Below, piece by piece: positions 48,312 to 60,333 of a DNA stretch of 64,000 nt. Numbering within the stretch: the stretch's first letter is position 1; the number at the start of each line of letters is the position of its first letter. The stretch lies in assembly GCA_010909165.1 (NCBI GenBank), contig MU008155.1, forward strand, positions 1,612,001 to 1,676,000, given 5' to 3'. The notes below the pieces were generated by a model. That model was not told where the DNA came from. It worked only from the letters and a program-made list of their open reading frames with translations, and searched no databases. Source of the DNA: Anthoceros angustus. Lineage: Eukaryota; Plantae; Anthocerotophyta. A program made the position numbers and the translations under genes.

Positions 48312-50070
48312 TTAGAGGAATCAATTGCAATGGTCAAGGCATGTTATGGCTTCTCGATCATAGCGGCAATAAATTGGTCAATAGCTGCAGATAGAAAAAA
48401 TAAAGAATAAGCCAAAGTATTTTTAGGATCTCTCCAGGTAGGAGAAATACCACCGAAGAGGTATTCTCCATTGCCATTAATGCGAAGACATACACTACAA
48501 GAATTGCAAGAGTTTTACAACACATTTTACAAACGTAATTTACAACATCACATTGTAAAAACGGACATTTACACGTTTGTAGATTGGGCTCGTTTACAAC
48601 TTAAATGACAACGCCATTTACAACGTGGTTACCTTGTAATCTAGGTTGTGAAGTAGGTTATTAATAGGAGGTTGTAGTCTGACAGCTTAACTAGGTTGTG
48701 AAAGTGGGTCGATTTACAACGTATTTTACAATATACATTACAACCTCGATTACAACGTAGTTTATAAGGTCGTTTGCAAGGTCGTTGATAATATTGACAA
48801 AAATGATTATTAGATTAATTAAATAAAGTATCTAATTAAGATTATAAATTTATGAATTTAATGATATAATTACATTATATCCATTACATTTAAATCCTAA
48901 GTTTTAGGTAGTATAGATATGAATATTATTTTAACTAAATTTGGCTCTTAAATAGGGACTAGATTGACATAAAATAGTGCATATATAATATCTTAACATT
49001 AGGATAAATGAAGGTAATATATATTGTAACATAATCTGCCGACGCCTTGTAAAGTTTGCGCGAACTTTACAAGGCAGTGTATTATGGAATGCACTGGCAC
49101 TTGAAGGCTGTGATGATCCTCCTACGAGATATTTCTTGGATTTGAAGGCCATCATGTGTGCAGGGTCAACAGCAACATGCATGTGAAGAGAAATATAAGA
49201 TGCAAGTCAAAAATCCAAAGCGAGATTAACTTACACGACAACAAATACTTGACACACCACAAGCAGTCCCACCAAAATGGTAAAGGAAAGTTGGGTCTAG
49301 AGCACACCTTCCACCAAAATGTTTGCTCCAAAGCCTTAACTAGATTCCTCACGCTATTATTTAACAGCATCAGAAAATGATCATAGAGCTTTCACATGTA
49401 CATTAAAGGTTTGTACTAGCTCCTCCAGGAGCAAAATCCTTGATCCGTCATTGCAAAGTTGCATAGTCAGTCAAAACCAAGTTTAGAATATTTGTACTAA
49501 AACGAACTATCCAGAAGGGGCGTGATTGTTTTACCTGAATCTACAGCTGTACGTCACATCATCTTCAGGACTCTGCCACACTGATTCACGTCCGTGGACC
49601 AGGTTTGTACCTGTAGCAAAATATCATGTTAGTTTCTTCCAAGACTGTCAACAAGCACAACAGCGGTGCATAGCTAGGTCTCCTAAAGTGATGAGGTGAC
49701 CACATAGCCCTTGACCTTATAACAGGAACGGTGTAATTCCAAGACCAGCTACTTCCAATATCAAAATTTAGACCCCAATGCGTGAACATCATGACAGCTT
49801 GCAACATGACCATGCAATGTTCCGGGCTGCCTTCCACGCCCTATAATCCTCATTAATCCTACATCCTGGGTGACATGATTCTTCCGTAGCTAAATAACTG
49901 CTCCAAGATGAGCCAAGCCCAGGTAGAAATGCACAGGGTCCCTGGAAAAGGACACACATGCACTACAAAATTAGGAATTAATGGAGTGTGTGTTGCCAAG
50001 TGGCACGCCTCCACACGTTTGAATGGACGGTCGTGCCCCCACCAAATAACCTCCACCAAATTATGCAATC

Positions 50071-50400
50071 TACAACATGGGAGCCACATCATCGATCCCT
50101 TGTTACAAATGAACTCTAATCATATTTTTGAAATTAAAATTAATAATAGAAACTTTTGAAGAAATAAAGATCAAATATCAAATTTTGAGAAAAAGATTTT
50201 ACAACATGATCTACAACAAGGGAGCCACTGCATCAATCCACAGCTGCAAATGGCCTCCAATCATATTTTTGTGATTAATAACAATAATAAAGAATTAAAA
50301 AAAATGAAGAACACGTTTTGAGAAAAATGCTTTACAATGTAATCTATAACAAGGGAGCCACATCATCAATCGCTGTTGTAAATGGCCTCCAATCATATTT

Positions 50401-50432
<32 letters not shown>

Positions 50433-50780
50433 GAGTTTAAAGATATAAAGAACACATTTTGAGAAAAATGTGTTACAACGTAATCTACAACAAGAAAGCC
50501 ACGTCATCAATCGCTGTTATAAATGACCACCAATCATATTTTTGTGAGTAATAATAATAATAAAGAGTTTTGAAGAACCAAAGAATAAATTTTGAGAAAA
50601 AGGCTTTACAACGTAATCTACAACAAGGGAGCCACGTCATTGCATGCTATTGTAAATGGCTTCTAATCATATTTTTTTATTAGTAATATTAATAAATAAT
50701 TTTAGAAAAATAAAGACCAAAATTTGAGAAAAAGGCTTTTTCAACGTAATCTACAACAAGGGAGCCACGTGATCAATTCC
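50071..50780. repeat. ~133-141-bp degenerate tandem repeat x6
   Basis: The core TACAACAAGGGAGCCAC.TCATCAATC...AATCATATTTTT occurs at 50071, 50212, 50345, 50486, 50619 and 50752. Confidence 0.85.
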
Positions 50781-53312
50781 TTTTTTAGAATGAGCACCCA
50801 AAAGAGTGCCACATCATCCAACTAGAAAACCCCATTATAAATCGAGTCTTAAAACTTGTCACATCAGTGAAACTTAAACCAATTTACAACAAAAGTTTTT
50901 AAACTATGTGGATCTTTTCAAATGTCCATCCACAATCATCTTTACTGAAGACAACTATATACAACTACATTTTGATCTACATACTGCTGTAGTTTCTTAG
51001 TCACGGCTCTTGCAGCAGGACCTTTGAGGAAAGAAGTGCGGCACCTAACTTTTACTAATAGATCAGGCTTCATAGAGTCCAAAGTGATCAACCTGGGTAA
51101 GGGGAATCTCGCAAGCCGCACCGACGCAAACCATTCCTTTCATCTGTCGGAGATGCATATGGCACAGTTTGGCATGCCGAAGGTAACTTTGATTCCATGT
51201 ACATGTTGGTAGTTGTAGCGAGATGGGAGGTATGTGGTGTAATGTTCAATGTTAAAATAATAATTTAGATATCACTCTGCAAATCTCCGCAGGTAATGTT
51301 TCAATGATGTAGTGTTTTTTGCCAAAGCATATATAGCAGCCTGATTCGTCCGCTTCGGAGACGGACGAGAAGAGAGTTTTGATAAGTTCACCTAGTACAT
51401 ACAGTATGTTTGAAATGTGTAGGGAGGATGATGGCTTTAAAGTTAACTAGACACATCCGTATCCTTGGATAGGATGTAGGGTTTTGCACATAGTTTGTGC
51501 TTATTGAGAAGGTAAATAAGTTTGAACTTCCACATTGAGAAATTATGTTGTTGTCCAAGTTGTGATGCTTGGCTTGTACTTTTAGATTTGGAAAATAAGG
51601 CTTCTTAGTAGGCACGTTATTTAGATTTCAAGATGCCTGGTTGTTAGGATTTTGAATGTTCAAGGCTGATTTGTGGTTGATGAGTTAATTGCAGGTTGGT
51701 GAGTTGCTAGAGGATGGAGTTTTGTACGAATTCCATTCTTGCGGAGAATGTCTAGATGAGTTAGAGTTTTTTTAGGGGAGTGTCTGATGCAGGTGTGTCA
51801 GGATGTGGAATGGGTGTTAACTCCTCCTCCTCTTGCATAATAGGTTCAACCAAAGGAACACGTGAAGCAGGAATAGGGAAGTGAGTGATGGTCTCACTAT
51901 CATCAAATAAAGAATAATTATTATTCTCATCGGAAAGAGGAGTAGGATTGCCAGGGTCTTTAGCTCCCAATGAAGGAGAAAATAGGTGAGACGAAACTTG
52001 TAGAGCATTATGCAAGCCTCACTATTGCTCTCCGATGGTTCAGATGCAGACTTGCTCTTCTCTCAATACCCTCATTCCCCCATTCCCACCACATCATTAC
52101 GACAGGTAGCGCTAGCCTAGCTAGCCTTATGATACCAACCTCTCGGCTTCCGACTACCAATGAGGAGAAGATGCTTTTGGCGTCCAGTTAGACGCTCCAT
52201 GTATGGAATCGATGCATCACGTGCAGCGCGAATGTGTTGCTTTCCATTGGCGCACAAGTGGTTGCACCCTAGCACGCCAAAAAACCCTAATAACACCAAC
52301 AACTGGGGAGAGAAAAACTCATGTGTAATGATCTGACCAAGTCATGAGTGGTATTTTTATGTAAATTCTAAATAGTTTAAAATAAGTTTGAGTGACAAGT
52401 GTCACACGGTTGACTTGCCCATTATATGACTCATTAAAAAAACACAAGAAAGAAACCCAGGCTCGACCCGTTTTTCCCAACCACCATAAAAAAGGGCTAG
52501 AGAGAATCCCGGGCCACTATAGGACTCATTAAAAAAAAGACTAGGAAGAAACCCGAGCTCGACCGACAAGTGACAATGAGTGCAATTAATATATTATTTG
52601 TCGTATTCTAAATCCCAACCGGGTCAGGGTTAGACATAAGAAATAGTTGTACCAAGGGGTGATTGGTGATGGAGCTTGGTGTCGTATTTTAAATCCCGAC
52701 TTGATCAGGTGAATTTAGGAAACGACCCTTATGAAGGTGATTGGTGTTGTAATCTAAATCCATGCTAGGTCGGGTGAACATAGGAACGGCGCGCTTATAT
52801 GGGTGATAGGTGGAGCTTGGTGGAATAGACATCCTTTAGTCTGATGTCGAGAGAACAACAATCCAATATCGATAGAGAGACCAGACTGCTACAATTAGCA
52901 TATTATGGATTTACTAAACGACCAATTTTCATATGCCGGACCAAATTGTGGGAAGGCATAGCCTATGGCCTGGCCGAAACCAGATAGGCTGGTGGGTTTG
53001 CAAAAGAAAAAATGTTTTCATGTCAATTTCATTGTTATAATTGCTCGACAAAACATGTCACGGGCTGGTTTCTCTACAAGTTCAACTCTTGATGCCAAGA
53101 ACTGATCACTAGAACAGGCCACCATGTTGAAATGAATAATTTCATCCTCTGAAAAGTGTTGACAACATACTTGTCAGAATGCCAAATAACCCTGCTCAAG
53201 TTTCCCCAAGATGTGACCGTGGTGGTACAGCATGAGCACTTCAAGCCTCACATATTCCCCTGACCTATTTTATTTACACCACTTAATCGAGATGGTTGCA
53301 ATCCTGGAGCTA

Positions 53313-54137
53313 TTATTGACCATACTTCTGAAATTCCCACTCGCTGCTATCTGCAGGTTGTAAGAGGACAATCAACTGATTAAGCTAGTAAACAAGGGCA
53401 GAACGAAGATCACAACAAACCCTAATACAATGACACGCATCATGTGGCAACCTAGCTTACCAAGAGGACAAACTTGCCGAGTCTTCAACCATTGACTAAT
53501 ACAATGAAAATGAAATGCATGATTGCAAGCCCCTATAGCAAGTAAGCGGAATTAAAGGGCCATGAAACTGAAGAACGGTACTGAAAAGAGGCACAATGGG
53601 TCAAAAGACAAAGGCAGGCCACAAATCCATACCCCTGGCAACCGTGCACTCCTCGGTGGTGATGTTGGCTTGATTTGTTTGGCACTCAATACCTAAAAGT
53701 TCCAAATGAGTTTATCATTCCTTTCCGCCATAAGCAAACACCCTAGTTCCGAGGTCAACTAAACAAGAGCTAGGTCCACTACAGAAAGACATCCAGGAAC
53801 GTATCTACTCACATAGGTCCATAGTATGGTTCTTGCAGATAGCGCAATTGTCTACAACAATGTCTATGAAAGCATCAACAAGCATGTCAAAACCCTCGCC
53901 GATCAAATCAAGGGATGCAGAAAAAAAAAGAGATGCAACAAATCCTAGCCACCTACCCCATGCCCATAGTGCCACGGCACTCCACTTCTTGATCTCAAAC
54001 CGCTTGGGCTTTTCGGAGCTGGGATTAGCGCCGACGCTGGAACCCTCGCCATACAGCCCCATTAACACATCTGCGTCGACGTTGGAACCCTCGTCAGATA
54101 GCCGCATTAACACATTTGCGTCCATTCCCCCCATCAC
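53313..54137 (-). CDS. RBX1: RING-box protein 1 paralog, complete 5-exon gene, diverged
   Basis: Exons 54137-53957, 53863-53813, 53692-53633, 53532-53461 and 53350-53313 splice (all phase 1, GT-AG) to ...[89 protein letters not shown]. Confidence 0.92.
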
Positions 54138-54961
54138 AGTTGTTGCAGTAACCTCTATTCAATCGTCGATTGAAAGAACCACCAAGGGAATGAAAGATGG
54201 TGAGAGGGGATGCGACTTGCAGAAATATGGCTCCCGCAGGCTACAGCACTAAAAGCCCCTCAAAGTAGCCCGCCGTCCTCGACCTGACAGGTGAGATCCA
54301 CAGTTTGCACAAGGAACCTTTCAAAGATGAAGTTTTGCGATAGACTTTACAATTTGGAGTGAATATAAGAATAATATTCGGTATGCATGAGTTTCACATA
54401 TATAGCCAGCTCTCTACAATTTGTAGTAAATCTAAGAATAATATTTGGTATGCAGGAATATCATATATATTGCCATTGCATTTAGCATAATCTCGAAGAT
54501 TACAATTCAAAACTCAATTGTATACAAGTATTTTTTATTTTAATGTAATAATAAATATTAAATCTCTAAAAATACTTTATACTCCTTCATATTAAAATAT
54601 GAGAGATTAAAAGAAAACAAGACAGAAGCTTTAAAAAAAAATAACAACATGTAGTGTTGGGTGTACAACCTTAGCGACCTTCATACTAGAATAAAATTTC
54701 GTAATAAAAAATATATTATAATACTGTTAATATAATCTGTTACATAGATAATATCATAGTAGATTGGATATTGTAATATAACACCTAGTTCAATTTATGT
54801 AAAACCTTGACTAAAGAGGAAGACTTGGCTTCAACCTTTGCTTTGCTTTCTTGAGAGGAACTACATGAATATGTTGTGTGTCCATTTGGACACACAACAT
54901 ATTTACAAACATTTATAAAAACACAGCTGTTAAACATTCTGCTATTAGATATTATACATCT

Positions 54962-55225
54962 TAGATCGATACTTAGATGGAGTGCCTAGTGGGAGTGACG
55001 CCCTTCGTGCAAGTAGGTTAGGCACACCATGGTACAACAGAGAAATTCTGTCCAAGGCGATTATAGAAGAAGAAGGAGAAGAATTTTATTTAAGTCCACT
55101 AAGGACGGATTTCCGTCATGGAACTTGGTACTTAACAACTTGTACCTGCGTAAACTACTTGCACCAAGGGCATCCACTCGCTTTAGGAACCCCATTTAAG
55201 CACTGATCTAAGCTCAGGATGCTTA
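54962..55225. mobile_element. Two opposed copies of the same tail/48-bp-unit family forming a quasi-palindrome
   Basis: A plus-strand fragment at 54962-55036 and a minus-strand copy at 55065-55225 both match 48150-48311. Confidence 0.65.
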
Positions 55226-57321
55226 ATCCTGACGTTCTTATAAATGTGTAAATGACGTTCCTTATAAATGTGTAAATGTGTGTCCATTTGGCCTAAGCCA
55301 TTTGCAGTTGATTTCTCCGTCCAAGGCTATAATAGGCTTCTTCATCTTCTTGTGTTGATTTCCATTATAAGCATACACGCAGAGCTGTGTTGATTTCCAT
55401 TATAAGCATACACGCAGATGGTAACCAATTTATAAGAGTAATAGCAGTCCCTCCCAAATTCTCTACACAGCATCCAACGGGCTAACTACTTCGCAACCGT
55501 GGTTTATGTATATCTAGATTTAACACTGAAGTTCTTACGCAGAAAACTGCGCAACTTTCTCCATTTTTGGCGTGGGTTCTTCTCTGCGTAAGTGTGTGTG
55601 TGAGAGATAGCAGTAACTAGCCGCTCCTCCTGCCAACATTTGAAGGATGTTTAGCAATATGTGTCTTATCTACTCTACTCCAGAGCCAGTAAGAGAAAAT
55701 GGCTGAAATTTGCGGTTCGACTTTCAGTGCACCTGAATTGGCTGCCACTCGCCCTGGCGGTCTGTGTAGGGAGGCCGTCCTGCTGAAGCCTGAAGCTCTG
55801 TAAGCCCTTGTTCCGTGGATTGCCAAGTTCGGACTTCCTCAGTGTACGGACCTGATGCAGCAGCCGCTGTGTTGCTGTCTGTGAACGTGATTACGGTCTC
55901 TTCCTCTGAATCAACAAACGTAACAACAGTGTTGATGTCCTCGTGGAAGGTAACTACAGAGGGCCTGGTTGGATGCGGACTTTCAAACACCTGTTCCTCT
56001 GCACTTTGCTGGAATAGGACACAGTTGCTTGTAAGTCAGGATTCATGGTCTTACAAGCATTTAAATTACGAGAACAGATTGGAACCTTAGCTGTTGAGTG
56101 CAGGGTATCACCATAGCCATTCTCTTCTCCAAACTGGCAATCCTCTCGGAAAGCGGGCCCTTCTCCTTGGTATCCTTCAGCACGTCTGTGACTGGCCTGG
56201 CCAGTTTCTCGCCATGGCCACTGGGAGGGGAAAGAGATTCTGATATCTGCTCGTCGGTCGCCCAAGGTGGGCTGCTCTTCCTGCTTTCCAAGTAGGAAAG
56301 CTGGGTGCACATGGACAGGACAGACAACAGAGAAGTTAAAGAGATTCAGAAATTCCTCCCTTTACTGCATTCTAATTGTGTGGCAAGGGGGAGGTGGTAA
56401 TAGGGGAAGGTGTAGGTACTTGCTGCTCCAGACGCTCCACTCTGCGCAGCAGAGGAGTGCTTGGAGGAGTGGGCAACCCCGAGCCCACGTCCTCGGGCTC
56501 TAAGCCTCTCCGCTCCAGCTCTTGCATCTCTTCCAGCTCAGTCGTGCTCTCCAGCCCTTCATCCCCGTGGCTCAAGCTAGGCATGGACGCCATCAAATTG
56601 GCTACGTCTGAGACAACATTCTCCGTTTGATCAAGCCTGCCGTAGGCACACCAGGGCAGGGCTTCCTTTCCCAAGACAGGATCAATAAACAAAGCCTCTG
56701 CTTCAAGCGCATGATCAATTTCGATACAGGTTTGCACAGACGGTTATACCGACATCGGAGTCCCCACCATCGGCACTGCCACCGTTGTTCTGGCGAGGGT
56801 GCTCCCACTCCCCTGCTTCCCTCGGGTCAAATTCATGACTCTCCTGCCACCGATCTTCACACTTTGCCCACCGCATCGTCAACGCCGATGAGGCTAGCTC
56901 GTAAATTCATAGGCTGATTTCACGCACGAGTGGATCGAATGATCGAAATTCAGTGTTCAATTACCGGAAGCGCATGCACCGCCGAATTTGCAAACAAGGA
57001 GGTGAAACTGGCAGATCTCTGCAAGTCCGATTTGTCACACGTAGCTGAAACCGCGTGGTCCCCGTTAGCGGTCCATAGATACTTAAAGGGGAAAAGATGA
57101 CGATTTTGCAAGCTTTTTCTCTTTTACTATGTAGCAGGCACTGAGAACAGCACCACTACACAACCAGTCCATTTCGATTTGTTTCAGGGCTTTGTACATC
57201 GCTTCAATCCTTGCAAACCAATAAAAGATTCAGACACACTAGCTGCTCACAATCATACTCCGAAGTAGGCACAACTCACGAGATGCATCTGGTTGTGTTT
57301 CTGGTTTTGGTTCCAAGAGAG

Positions 57322-58842
57322 CTAAACTGGAATGCACCTCTTGAGTGTGGAAGGCCACCAAGGAAGTGATGCAAGAACCCCCTGCTCAGAACGATACCTG
57401 GCAAAGCCCGACTCCGTGGGCGACTCTGCTCCTGAGTCATACAACTGGAGAGATATGTAACTTGAAGGTTCTGATGCAGCTGAAGGCATTGCTGCTGGAC
57501 CCAATTGGTGTTCTTGAGCACAGGAGGTTGGGACTCGTCTCCATTGGTCACGCCTCGATAAACCTGGGCCGCAGAGTACGAATGATCGTGAGCCCGTGTC
57601 ACAGATCTTGTCATCCTTGGGCAAAGCTGCAGATAGGTTCCATGACAATGGTCAGTGGGGATCCGAAGGGAAGAAGGGGAATCCATGTGCCTGGAATGAA
57701 TGGTCTTCGTCTGGAAAGGGTGAGATTGGCGAGGGTTACTTACGTGTGGTTGTGTAAGGGGACAAGTAGAGCTGAAAGTTGCTCGTGTCAGTGCCAAGAA
57801 CAGGAAGGCGGGCCTCTTTTGCATACAGCTCCAGTGCCGATTTTATGACATCTTCTACATGGGTGTCCACAGCTACCACAAGTCTCAGAGCTCCTATGGT
57901 TCCCATCAGAGTGACGGTGATTAATACGCGTGTGCTGGCTGGTTGTGCGTTGGATGGCCATGCTGCTTCCTGGTCCCAATGACGAGACAGCAAAAGGTTA
58001 GGTTAACTGGGAGGTAGAACTTGGGCAGGAACGCCCTTGGAGCAGAGTTGGGGGGTCACCTGGACTTGATTGAAGAGCGTGTGGAGCATTGTGATGAAGC
58101 CCCCTGGCTTATCCTTGTCTGTTCCCCACTTGGAAGAGAAGGCTGGATCTGTCAGCACCCGCTTCATCGAGATGCTGGCATCCTGCATGCTGCCCCAGTG
58201 ATCGCCCTGAGGAATTTCCTCCTTCTCTACGGCTACCGGGGCCTGCACAGGTGTTTGGCTCAAGGGTTCAGCAGCTGACCGCCTGACTGGTGCATTGTGG
58301 CTAACTTCAATGGCACTGCTTGCATCTGTTCCTCGAGAATGATGGCGATGACTGCTGTAGTACTCCGGCTGCGCCTTCCAGGTCACCCTCAGCTTCTTGG
58401 ACTTGGACCCACCGGCCCTCGGTGGCAACCCGGTCCTGGACCGAAGAGCTGATTGCAACACAGGTCTTGGCTCCTGCTGCTGTTTTGCGTTTGCCGCTGT
58501 CACCTTGCGGGACAGGAAGCGGGGCTCCCTCTCACCCTCTGCTACACTGCCCCCCCGATAGTCCCCACTCTTTGCAGGGACGTCCCTGGAATTCAGCTCT
58601 CCACTGAGTTGTGATGTGCTTATTAATAAGTGGTCAGAGGTGCTGCCACCAGGATCCAGTAGATTTTTGGATAGAGTACTCACTGTGATGGTGGAGTTTG
58701 TCTGAGTGAAATCCACCTTACGTCCTGTTGTGTCGAAGTTGTTAAGATCAGCGGATACATCTGCGATGATTGCTTTCGAAGCTGACAGTTGCACCTTGAA
58801 AGGGTCTGAGGGAAGAGTCTCAGGACCCGGGGAATGCACCAT
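57322..58842 (-). CDS. DUF7054 / At4g22758-like protein, 3' part; 5' exons unresolved (may extend to ~59800)
   Basis: TRVLITVTLMGTIGALRLVVAVDTHVEDVIKSALELYAKEARLPVLGTD is spliced to LPKDDKICDTGSRSFVLC, preceded by a long low-complexity exon. Confidence 0.65.
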
Positions 58843-60333
58843 CCTTGAGAATAATGGTGCACTGCAAAAGCCCTGATCTGCAGGAATTTCAAAGCAACTT
58901 CAGAGTTCTCAGACCCAGCTAACAAGATTTCTTGACTTGAGGACAGTCTAGATCCTAGAATAGTATCAATATCTGGAGAGTCTGACTGATAATATACACT
59001 GTGACGAGTTCCTGTAAGCCTTCCTCAGGCTTGCGTTCATTGAAGCATCTGTACAAGGAGGTCCTGTTTACAAGTGGGAATGGATCTGAGACCTAGCTGG
59101 AGGACAGTTGCAACAAGACTTGAGACTCAAAGGGTATGAAGAAGCAAACGATGTTCACCAGAAATCAAAGTGACCATAACAATCACTGCATTGAAACAAA
59201 CAAACAACACGTTCTCCAGAGTGTCCCTCCAACCAGCTTGCAAGACCAGCCTGAACAGACCTGAGAAGTTCATCATTTTGATCCAAGACTTGCATAGAAG
59301 ACAGCACCTGTGGACCCGCGTCCAGCAGCAAACCGGTACAACAAATTACTCTGTCAGCGACTTGATATGCTGATTAAGTCCTCCAGATTTTCAACGCAAT
59401 GAAGTCGATCGACCTCGGTGTTCAAATGATGCTCCCTCTTGGCACTCCTCCAGTAGAGAAAACCGTCAGACGCGAAGAGAGTCAAGGACCGGGGAGCATG
59501 AAACTCGTGCGGAAACATGCCCACAAGAGGAATTGGGAATGGGTGGTTTCATAGGAGGTCTGCTGGCCAGCGCAAGTGGTGCTGACAGGACAGGCACCGG
59601 AACGGGTGGGTGAGGAGCCACAGCCTTCGAACAGTGGTGGAAGGCGATCCGTGCTGGATCCAACCCGCAAAAAGGGCGACCCAATTGCCAATTGCCCTTC
59701 CTGTTGGAATCTATGATGGCCGCCTTGACGCCTGCCTCTGCTGCGCCTTCGGTCCCACTCGCCCTGTAGATTCTCACACCAGCTAGGACTCCGACTGTTC
59801 ATTGAATTGAGGTGCCATCATGAGCTCAGGAAGGCAGACCTGGTGCGAGCACCTCTGCATCACGCCAGTGCCAACAGCAAAGCGAAGGCTCCCTCGAATT
59901 CTCCTGTGATGGTGGGGGCCCCACAATTTCAGCACCATCGCCTTGCTTTGTCTGCTTCCTTTTAGGATAAACGTGTTGCATTCTCCAAGTGTCCAGGGAC
60001 AGATGACTCTAGCAATCACGCACGACTTTCGAGCACGACCCCTCACCCCGGTATAGCAGCGTCTCCAGTTGTGGGCTCCAGCGCTTTCTGCGGCTGCTTT
60101 TTAGTACACCACTTCCTATCCAGGTCTACGGCGAGCTGAACAGATGCTGTGTTTTGTTTGGTCGGCACCTTCCTTCCCTGAACAATGTCCCCTCTGACAA
60201 GACATGTACCTCTGGGTCGATCTCTGTAACCAGATGCTTGATGACCGCTTGTCCATGCTAAATAGGCCAGTGTCACTTCCAGTCTACTCCCACCAATACA
60301 TCTAATCTAGGTGGAGGATGTTCTGGTTGTGCA

